From: Amoebophrya sp. A120
Taxonomy: Eukaryota > Protista > Dinoflagellata
Direction of reading: 5' to 3'
Assembly (NCBI GenBank): GCA_905178155.1
Contig: CAJINV010000015.1
Span: forward strand, 333,309 to 397,308
Length of the DNA: 64,000 nt
Shown here: one piece after another, positions 49,901-59,587 of the stretch
Layout: each line of letters opens with the position of its first letter
How positions within the stretch are numbered: the first letter of the stretch is position 1
Translations under genes and position numbers: made by a program
Notes under the pieces: generated by a model
Seen by the model: only the letters and a program-made list of their open reading frames with translations
Databases searched by the model: none
What the model was told of the DNA's origin: nothing

Positions 49901-52900
49901 ACCCATGATGCCTGTAATGCATGCCCTAGCATCACAAGTTTTTTGAGGGATTCTTGATGCCCATTCCGCATGACAAATGCCCTCTCCGCGTAGCAAAAAT
50001 TAGACTCTGTTTGCTGCTCATGCAACACAAATTTTTTAGACATCGAAACGCAGCATCACAAGTTGCATTCTTCCAGACCCAGACATTTTTACATTTGATA
50101 GTCTTCCGCTGCGTGTTCGTCGAACGCAGGCAGCGCCGGCGCTCCGTTGTTCGAAGCCTGATCCATAGACGCTTTCGAAATTCGCGCTTGTTCCTCCGCC
50201 GCGGCTTTCTCAGCCCACTTGGATCCGGGTTTGTGCCCCAAGTACTGCTCCTATCAATTGCAAAAGTTGTATCGGACTAGTAGAAATCGCATGACAAATT
50301 TCCTCAGCGTGAGAAAGTATAATGCAGATTTACGTTGAGACCGAGATATATCAAGCATGCATGATCGCTGCGATTACTACGAGTATCAGATACTTTTGCA
50401 GTGCATAGCTCCGCGCTGTTCGCGATTTCCTGCAAATCGTAACCGAGCTTCGTCTATCAAATGCAAAAATGTCTGGGTCTGGAAGGTTCCGAGATTTGTC
50501 ATGTTGGGAAGCTAAGGGCTGGGCGTCCCTGTCGTTCTCTAAACCTTAAAACGGTAGCCACTTACTCGACAAACTCTAGGTAGAATAAGTTTGGACAAAG
50601 TGATCACTACCGAGAGACAACAACAAAATAAAAGCTCCTGGGACGGCTGCGGCGTGAGCATTTGTTGCTATCTGGGTAGGGATAACGTTGTGTGCAAACC
50701 TAAACACTAGCGTCAAGGGAGAAAAGAAAAGTAAAAAAGCGGTAAATCATCCTACTATGACACAGTCCCAACTACGAAAAAACCCCTCTTAAAAAGTCAT
50801 GCAGTTTTTCAAGCTCCTCCAGGTCTGGAATGCAGGGCCTAGCATCACAGGTTCTGCAGCCCCTTGGTGATGCCTATTCTGCATGAGAAATGCCCTCTCA
50901 ACACGGTTAGAAGTGGGGACCTTTTGCAAGTCATGCAACACAGATTTTTGTATGATCCGCAACACGCATCACAAGTTCGGATTCTTCCAGACCCAGAAAT
51001 TTTTACATTTGATATCGTCACGATGCGTTGTTTCGACGTGATGTCTATGCATTGCAAAATCATCGTACTTATCAGTGCGAATTGCATTTTTACATTAGTT
51101 TTATTCTTAACAACAAAAATGCAACGTGTCCTCATGCTGGAACAGGTAGAACAGTAGATCTCTACTCTGTCATGCAGGACTGCAATTTGTACGAGTACGA
51201 TAAGTTGTACATTATTTCCAGTGGATAATGTCGTCGGCGTTGATGTGTAGAGAGATGAAGTTATCACAGGAAAAAGTGTTAACGTTAACGAAATTTGTGA
51301 TGCAGTAATGCATCAGAAAAGGTGCCCAAATTTGTATTGCGTAGCATGCATGGAAGGCAAAATTTGTAATGCATGACTGCCATCTGTGGAAACCGTTAAC
51401 GTTAACACTTTTTTGTTTGATAGAAATCCCACAAAGCTTTCTCGTACTCGTCCTTCTCTACTCGATATCACACGAAAAAAGTGTTACAGTCACACATTTG
51501 TTGTCAATTCAGCAACACAAATTTCTCTGCGTAAGATAGAAAACTTGCAATGCAGGAATCCTACAGGAAAACACCTATGGAAGGAGTCTCCTATGCATAT
51601 CCGGCATGACAACGCTTGTCTGTCCTGCTTGGCCTGCAACACAATGTGTAACTCTAACAATTTTTTCGTTCCATACTCGAGACTTCGTCTGACAGTAGCC
51701 GAGCCAGTCCTGGATGTTGGCCCAGTTCTCAAAAGCGTCCTATCAACTGTAAAAGTGTCTGGGTCCTCTGGAAGAATGCAACGAACTTGTGATGCTAAAT
51801 CTGAAGCACACAAAAGAAAAAATCTGTGTTGCATGATTACCAAAAGTCTCTCATGCAGGATAGGCATGAGAGATGAGATCGCACAGAATCTGCCATGCTA
51901 GGTCCTGCATTCCAGGCCTCATGGGTCATGGAAAAGCTGCATCACAAATCCTCGCGCATTCTCCCAGACCCAGACATTTTTGCATTTGATACGTCCGCCG
52001 AGCCGATGATTTCGGGCTCCGAGGGGACAACGTGGAGGTAGATGGTATGGCGCTCTCAAGCGTTACATTCTCAACTGTTACATGAATTTGTGATGCAAGA
52101 ATGGCAAAAGTGATAGGGGCGACCTTGCGCGTCTTGCATGACAGACTTGGCGCAGATTATCACCCTATTTGGCCCTCTGACAATTTGTCATGCGAAGCAG
52201 CTTCATGATGTCGCTTCTGAAGGCAATTTTGCATGACAAACCATGTAACAGTTGAGAAGGTAACCGATTTGAGAACGCCATAGATGGCCCCTTTCAAAGC
52301 GGAACCTGCGAGAAGATCATTGTGTCGTCCATATAGGAATGTTCATTTTTGCAGGCTAGGTGGAACTAGATTCGTGATGCGACAGATGTAAGCAACACGC
52401 TGTTAATTTTAATACTAGTCATCATGCATACTAAAGGACTTCCAGAACAAGCAGAGCTTCAACAAATCCACTGTACCAAACTGCGCGATCTTCCCGCCAA
52501 AGCCGAAAGACCCGCCGCAATCCATGTCGCGGTCGTAGCACCGGGGCATGTATTTTGATTTCTGCACGTTGTTCAAAATGGAGAAGAGCCCAAACCTATC
52601 AACTGTAAAAATGTCTGGGTCTAGAAAAGTGCAACTTGTCATGCTAAATCTGAATCTATACAAAAATCTGTATTGCATGATTACCAATAAAGCTGTTCAC
52701 TTTTGAGAAGGCCGAGAGGCCGCAGTTTCTCATGCGGAAAAGGCATGGTAAAGATCTCACAGAATCTGTGATGCTACGGCATGCATCACAGACCTCACAC
52801 GTCATGCAAAACCTGCATCACAAATCTGGCATTCTTCCAGACCCAGACACTTTTGCAATCCATAAAACCCGTTTGTGTTGCTGCTCGTGCTCACCTATCC

Positions 52901-55900
52901 TCTGCAAAAGCATCGCACTCGTACTAATCGCATTTATGCATTACAAATTTTTTTGCCAAGTTAAATCCGCATTACAAATTCTATTTCTCATGCTGAGGAA
53001 ATTTGTCATGCGATTCATACTAGTACGATACTTTTGCAGTTCATATCACCATGCCTTTCAAATAGGGGGAAAACTGCACGTCCACACAGTTGGAAACATT
53101 TGTCACGTCACAGTACACCTCCGGCTCCTTGATGTTGTAAACCGTTTGTGCGGTTTGGCTCAACCCCAACACCCAGCAGATGGTCCGGTTGTCCCGCCCG
53201 GTGGACAAAAGCAAGTCCGGATCGGTGTCGTTCCAGGCAATTTTCGTGATGCCTTTCACGTGTCCGAAGTTCACCTCGCGAAACGGGTAGCTCGGCTGTC
53301 GTAAGTCCCAGATTTGAAAACCCGGGAGTCTGTCGTCGTCATAAGCGACGATGAGCTGCGTCGCGCAATCTGGACTCCACTGCACGTTGGCGATGTGCTG
53401 GCGATGCGACGGGTCCACGATTTCGGCGCAGGTGCCGCGGGTTTTCAGGTCCCAGATCACGTTATGAATTGCAAAAGTATCGTATTCGTATGAATGCATT
53501 ACAAATTTCCTCAGCATGAGGAATAAAATTTGTAATGCGGATTTGCTTTCAGAAAAAAAATGTATATGCATGATTGCAATACGAGTACGATACTTTTGCA
53601 CAGGATACACGTTCACGCCGTTAGAGGAGGTGGAAGAGATGATGTTTGGCACCTACAAAAGTTGTTTGTAATGCACAACTTGCATGAGAACTTCGGTTTC
53701 TCATGCAAGGCTACGCATGACAAGCTGAACAAGATATTTCATTTTTTACAACACTATGATCCTATTCCTATTATACCTTCCTATTCCACGCCAAGTCGAC
53801 GATTTCCCCTTGCATTTTGGTCTGTCCAGACTGCTTGTGAATTTCTGGCTGCGTTGGGTCCGATAAGTTGAAGATTTGCACCTCGCAATTCCTGCTCCCC
53901 GCGGCCAACACGTTCGACTTATTCGGATGAAACGCGGCACAGCCGGTGTAGTAAATCTGGTTTCCGCCGACTTTCGCGGAGCTGTACAGCAACCCGTTGT
54001 CGCTGCCGTATCACAGGAAAAAAATGTTACAGTTACACATTTGTTGGAATTTCAGCATCACAAAGTTGCCCTACAAGGCAAAGAGAACGTGTAATGCGCA
54101 GACCATAAGGGAAAACCCGCACGAAATGACAATGAGGCTGGCAAGCATTTTCTGCATGACAAAGGTTGTCTGCCTTGCTGGTCTACTTGCATCAGAGTGT
54201 GTAACTGTAACACTTTTTTCGTGTGATATGCCGTGACTGGAGATTATCACCGCCGGGTCGTAGAGATTCAACACCCCGTCCGGGTGCGCGGCGCAGAGTA
54301 ACCCGTATGGGAGCCTTATCCTGAGAAAAAACTGTTTCACTGTGAACTTGTGATGCGTAGAATGGAAGACAGAATTATTTGTCTTGCCACACGACCTGCA
54401 AGACCTCGACTCTTTAGCGGTGTTTTCCATTCGGCAGCGCGCATGGCAAATTTTCTGTGTCATGTGTAACATAGTCTTGTGATGCAGATCTTGCAAGATC
54501 ATCACAGTGAAACACTTTTTTTCGTGGAATAAACCTTCCCTGGTCGAGATCCTTCGCGCCCCAGGAGAGTGAGAGAAACTTCATGTTCTGGAAATCGCAG
54601 GTCGCGATCACGGAGCACTGATCGTGCGATTGGGTTAAGTCAAACGTGCAGAATTCTAGTTTAGACGGTGTCTCCTGGTACGAAAAATCCGCGTTAATCG
54701 AGGGTGTGGCGGATTGAGAAGTCCCTAACGCGATCAAAGCTATGACAGTGCACAATTTTTCCCCCTCCCCCTCATTTGTCATGCAAAAGCCCAAATCCAC
54801 GCGCTGCCTTGTGGCCGCACCGTTTGCATGACAGATTCTGGAAGCCTAAACACTACTAGCTACATGTTGACGCGCATGAACTTCAACTTGTCATGCGGAG
54901 GCTCCATGTGCGCTGGTTTTTCTATTGCTGCTCATGCAATACTAATGAGGGCGGGGACGGAGGGAAGGTTGTAGTGCACTTTCATAAAATTCGGCTGGGA
55001 TTCGCACGGACACCATGAGACAATAACTCCGGCTCGCTGCAAGGTTTTCAGTGCGGGAACCGTTTGCGAGATTTGCTGCTGCTGGTGTTGCGGTTGCTGC
55101 TGTTGGGCGTGTTGTGGCTGCTGATGTTGACCAAGTGGCCCTCCGGGCTGCATGCCTGGTTGCTGCGGAGCGCCTGGGGGGCCGCCTGAAGAATTTCGAT
55201 ATATTACTTTGGAAAAAATGCAAGACATCATGATCATCATTCAGATCTTCTAACAATGACGCGGCGAGATGTGTCAGGCAAAAGCATGTTGCTATGCCAG
55301 CATGTAGATCTACTTCGATCATTTTTTTTTTACCAGCACTCGGTCGCTGTGGTGGGTGGTACCCACCGCCCGAAGGCGTTGGGGGCTGCATCGGATGGCC
55401 ACCCCCTCCCCCGCCGTACATAGGTGGCTGCGGCTGGCCGTATTGTGGTTGCTGCATCTGCTGATGAGGTGGACCCCCTCCATGATACTGCGGCGGTCCG
55501 GGTTGTACTCCTGGGGCTGCTCCGTGGTTTATCAAAAGGAAAAATCCCCCCTCCTCATATCAAAACGGAACCTCTGATGCTGGAGCTGTGTACACAGCTA
55601 CGCTTTGTATTGCAGGAAGGCACCGCGGCCAGATCCCCAGCCTAGGTAGGGGCGTCTGGGTCTAGTTGTTCAGCATTGCAAACGGCTGCCCTTTAGGCCC
55701 AACAGCATGACAAATCGGCTCCATAATGGGAGGGAAGCTTCTGCCCTCGTGTTCTTGCAAGACAAATGTGATTTGTGGCCACAAATCAGCAACACAGATT
55801 TTCGGAAACATACCTTTTCAATATGAAGAGGGGGGCTTTTCCTTTCAATATGGTTGTACTGGGGTGCAGCTCCGGGTGCCGGACCACCGTACTGGGGTTG

Positions 55901-56718
55901 GGGCGGCTGCATCTGACCATACTGTTGGTTTCCATACGGTGCGGGTTGTGGGGCAGCTTGTTGGGGCCCGCCGTACTGTAGTATTGTATATTTTTTCATC
56001 TAGGTTTTGATATCTATTGACTCAACACGGGTCATAGTGGTCCTGCATCAAGACAGATCTCGCTCGGATGCGAAAAACTTGACATGTATATACAAGAGGA
56101 AAAGGACGAAAACCGAAACCGCTTTTTTGCCATGCGGCCCTTAGTTATAGATTGCCTGGAGTAAGCAGTTGTTTAAAATCATTGTCTATCCAGTGCATCA
56201 AAAGCATCGTACTAGTATAAATTGCATTACAAACTAGCCCAGCATTACAAATTCAATTTGTAATGCTGATTCACCTTGAGAAAGAAATTTGTAATGCATG
56301 AATGCAATTACTACGAATACGATACTTTTGCATTGCATATTATCCCACCTGTGGAGGTCCGGGTGCTGCCCCGCCGTATCCGCTTGGTATGAACTGCAAA
56401 TATGTCTGGGTCTGGAAGATTGCCAGATTTGTCATGCATATTTTGCATGACCCGTAATGTCTGTAATGCATGCCATAGTATAAGTATTGCAGATTTTTAG
56501 AGGGCTTCCTAATGCCTATTCCGCATGAGAAATGCCCCCTACTCCGCGCCGTAGGACAAACTGGAGTCCTCGTCTTGCTGGTCATGCAATACAAATTTTT
56601 TTCGAATCCAGAGACAGCATCACAAGTTTAGAATCTACTTCCAGACCCAGACATAGTTGCATTTGATACCTGGTTGGCCGTAACCACCACCCGGCTGCGG
56701 AGGGTAACGATTGTGCAT
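43952..56718 (-). CDS. SEC31: Gene 5: COPII outer coat protein Sec31 with Pro/Gln/Gly-rich N-terminal extension; 28 introner elements plus at least 7 GT-AG introns
   Basis: WD40 propeller (LAWNRKVPNII, VIWDLK, QWSPDCATQLIVAYDDD..IWDLR..GHVKGITKIAWNDTDPDLLLSTGRDNRTICW), SFGFGGK motif, solenoid motifs (LNNWKETLALLATYA, KLTQYAELLANSG), Pro-rich region, C-terminal DDTRKRFQAIYDAL...YWLVGIHR. GT-AG introns at 44788-45166, 46508-46895, 48747-48923, 52306-52476, 53653-53776, 55186-55333 and 55976-56348. Confidence 0.92.
44015..44251. mobile_element. introner family B
   Basis: TIR; DR tggtc; in-frame junction. Confidence 0.9.
44441..44688. mobile_element. introner family A
   Basis: TIR; DR tggcc/tagcc; in-frame junction. 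Confidence 0.9.
45301..45452. mobile_element. introner family D
   Basis: TIR; DR caggc. Confidence 0.9.
46190..46443. mobile_element. introner family A variant
   Basis: TIR; DR ttttg. Confidence 0.9.
47211..47549. mobile_element. degenerate introner family A
   Basis: decayed TIR; DR caccg/tgccg. Confidence 0.8.
47725..47904. mobile_element. degenerate introner (G/H-like)
   Basis: TAT...ATA; DR decayed; 5-nt rule gives VRSAVL|CCVCSKNFGK. Confidence 0.75.
47984..48289. mobile_element. introner family K
   Basis: TIR; DR gcctg. Confidence 0.85.
48359..48591. mobile_element. introner family A
   Basis: TIR; DR tgtca. Confidence 0.9.
49007..49237. mobile_element. degenerate introner family F
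   Basis: decayed TIR; DR caatg/cagtc; in frame SDW|NQGPELLI. Confidence 0.8.
49282..49435. mobile_element. introner family D (left end TCT)
   Basis: TIR; DR agttc. Confidence 0.9.
49486..49795. mobile_element. introner family C
   Basis: TIR; DR ttctt. Confidence 0.9.
49839..50100. mobile_element. introner family A
   Basis: TIR; DR gtctt. Confidence 0.9.
50252..50407. mobile_element. introner family D
   Basis: TIR; DR gctcc. Confidence 0.85.
50455..51014. mobile_element. introner family A carrying a ~290-bp internal insert (~50505-50795)
   Basis: TIR; DR tcgtc; length 560 versus ~265 for the family. Confidence 0.85.
51046..51227. mobile_element. degenerate introner family D
   Basis: TIR remnants; DR atgtc. 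Confidence 0.8.
51262..51422. mobile_element. introner family J (TIR TATCACAGGAAAAAGTGTTAACGTTAAC)
   Basis: TIR; DR gaagt/gaaat. Confidence 0.85.
51466..51675. mobile_element. introner family H variant
   Basis: TIR; DR ctcga. Confidence 0.85.
51741..51991. mobile_element. introner family A
   Basis: TIR; DR cgtcc. Confidence 0.9.
52046..52282. mobile_element. introner family B
   Basis: TIR; DR gatgg. Confidence 0.9.
52597..52864. mobile_element. introner family A
   Basis: TIR; DR aaacc. Confidence 0.9.
52896..53045. mobile_element. introner family D
   Basis: TIR; DR tcacc. Confidence 0.9.
53463..53607. mobile_element. introner family D
   Basis: TIR; DR cacgt. Confidence 0.9.
54009..54228. 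mobile_element. introner family H variant
   Basis: TIR; DR tgccg. Confidence 0.9.
54317..54531. mobile_element. introner family H
   Basis: TIR; DR agcct/aacct. Confidence 0.9.
54741..54986. mobile_element. introner family F
   Basis: TIR; DR aaagc/aaatt; in frame QPNL|IALGTS. Confidence 0.85.
55530..55850. mobile_element. introner family C
   Basis: TIR; DR tggtt. Confidence 0.9.
56187..56339. mobile_element. family D element nested inside GT-AG intron 55976-56348
   Basis: TIR; DR ttgtc/ttatc. Confidence 0.85.
56388..56668. mobile_element. introner family A
   Basis: TIR; DR cttgg/cctgg. Confidence 0.9.
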
Positions 56719-57335
56719 CTTGGTGCTGCTGAATATTAGACAATGCCAGTGCGCAAATATTAGAAGTCGCTCGCTATATTAAGTTACTATCGAATAAACA
56801 AGCGTCGATTAGTTTTTACGGTTTTTCTTTTTGCGGAAAGTGAAAAAGACGTTGTCCTTTGGTCAGTTGTCGCCGAGTTGGAGTTTGTTTTGTATCATCT
56901 AAGTCTGTCTGTATTGACTGTAGAGACATACACGACAGGTGCACCCGGAAGGTGCCTCGTAGTTAGTACCCTAGTACTCGTGCCTAATAAACAAACCAGG
57001 TTCATCGTTGACATTGACATATTCTTGATGTTGTTGTTTAATATGTCGCTGAATGATGGCTATGGCAGAGATAATCGTAATTGAAAACTCGTACTTCCTT
57101 CTGCATAATTATGATGGATCTATGCTGCAGATGCGGATCATGCTATATCTCCAAAATTTTCGTCGTGCTCGATTACAACATCAACAGCAGCGATGAGACA
57201 AGAATGGACTTTGTTCTCATGCTGTTTATCTGCTAGAAATAGAAAGTAGTCGGAAATATGCATATCGGGTTCTTTGTTGAAATTATCTCGGTTCATTGGA
57301 AGATCGTGAGTGGAGCAGCAAGGTTGATGGAGGTG

Positions 57336-57486
57336 TATCCTGTGCAAAAGTATCGTACTCGTAGTAATCGCAGTCGTGCATTACAAATCTTTTGATAATA
57401 GGCAAATCCGCATTACAAATTCTTTTTCTAATGCTGGGAAAATTTGTAATGCGATTTCTACTAGTACGATGCTTTTGCATTTCATA
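57336..57486. mobile_element. family D element outside any gene I could assemble
   Basis: TIR; DR aggtg. Confidence 0.9.
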
Positions 57487-59587
57487 AGGTGGACCGACGT
57501 TTTATTTCATCATCGACTAGGCGCTCCTACTAGTTCTAGTAGTTCTACCACATCAAATGCGATGCTGGAGTGTCCAAAACTAAAAATACTCACCGCAAAT
57601 GTGTCTGGGTCCTCTGGAAGATAATTGCAAGACTTGTCATGCTATTGTCTGGCATGACGATGACTCTGAACTCTGTCATGCTAGTTCACGAAGGGCCCCG
57701 CGTGCTTGTGAAATACAAGCATTATCAATACTCGCAGCAGTGGGCTTCATGCCCTGATCTGTTTCGTGGCTTCACCACAACGGCAACAACGACGAGGCAG
57801 AAGACACTAAGTTACGATACGCACAAACGGAAAAAGAAAGATAAAGAGCCAGCGCGTCGTGCAAAAAATTTGGCTGCGTTTCAGGATCGTATCGAAAATC
57901 AGCAGAGAAGCGCTTGTTTAATATTTTTTTAGACCAAAACTACATAAGTAATCGCTCATCAGGAAGACCACATGAACAGCAGGAACACCGAGCGAATGGG
58001 AATGGCACGGGCCACCAAAGTGATTGCGAAATAAACCTTTTCAGCCACAACTCAGGTTGTGTTGTAAATAGAAAAAGGCATTCACACCCCGATCAGGACG
58101 AGGCTTGAGCTTGTCATGCGGATTTTGTAATGCAGGAAAGTAAGCTGAAGCTGAACCAACAGACTGGTACTTAACAAAATTGCCATGCGGAATTTGTAAA
58201 AATGCAGGACAAAGGGAGCTGTAACAGAAAAAAACATCTCATGCAAGACGCAGGGCAGGTAGCTTTCATGTCAATTCGCACGAGAAAGCGTTACATTTTT
58301 GATCGGGGTGGATGGACGTGGTCGCAGTTTGCATTTGTAGTAAAAACCATCTTCCAGAGCCCGCTATATCATACACGTCTACTTACTTTCTATCAGTACA
58401 TTATACAAACAAGAGAGCAAACACACCTATCACCTACTATACTAGCCGGCTGGCAGCATTTTGAATTCCTTTGAAAAGCGACAGCGTGCCTCTTTTCAAT
58501 TTCCGAATCAAGATGCCCTGTCATGTCTCTAGCGGAGCTGGGCGCAACCATGCTCCTCTCCGGGTATAGACGCCGGCAAACTAACACTAAGTGTAAAAAT
58601 GTAAAGCACTAATATAAAAGAACTACCCGAAATCTGTAAAGCTAATTGTTTTTCATGTTTCTTACGTCGTGTTAGAGGTAGTACGAAGTTCAAGATTCAC
58701 AATTGTCATCATCCCGTCTTCCGTCCTCCACTTTGTTTACTGCCGGCGTCTCCGTTGTGAAAGAACGCATTCGCTTGCTCGAAAACATTTACATAACAGA
58801 TGCTCGCTCGTGGTCTCGAGTTCGAGTTTGCGATTGAGAATTTTTGTATGCATGATCTCCATCCGGTTGAAATTGTTCTGGTAGAAGTACTCCGAGTTTA
58901 AGATCTCCACTAGTAAAGCCCGCTCCTGTTATTTCTCCACTACCTCCTCTTCTTTTATTTTTCCTCTTCTTTAATCTATTTTCCACATGGTTTACGACGT
59001 TGGACGCTGTTGCTGCGCCGTCAGTCCTGGCGATGTCGCGGCTACACTTGTTTATGTTTTGTTCTTTTCTTATTGGCGAAATAAAATCTTTTCCGCCAGA
59101 ACTCAGTTTGTAAATAGAAAAAGGCACCCGCACTCCGATCAGGACGAGACTTGGGCTTGGTATTCATTTCAATTCGTGGCCTCGCTTCGTTAGTGCAATT
59201 TCCTAGAGCATAAGGGGCGTTTCTACAGCTGCGCTCGGTTCATCTTGGTCGTGCTTTATTTCTCCATGTTAGATGCAGGAGTTCTTGTAGTTGCATCCAA
59301 TTCCAAGTTCGACCTAAGATAAGTACCAATATTACGTCGTAGTGCTCCACCAGCACCAGCCCGCACCCGTTGGACAACTACGATAAGGCGCAAAGATATT
59401 TATTTAAGGCGCGCTGGAAAATGAAAATGTCCGTCGGATGACGAGGATATAATACTCAAGCGCCGTCTTGTAGTTACATGGAGTAATCTTAGCTTCGTGC
59501 TGAAGTAGTAGAAAGTACTTTATACAAACAGTTGTAAGTACTACTTGCGTTTGCATTTATTGCGCAGCTGTTCGTCGTCCCTTCTTT

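Noticed and set aside
57551-57690. Family A-like left end (caaatgtgtctgggtcctctggaag)
   Set aside because: No partner TIR or DR found; remnant only.
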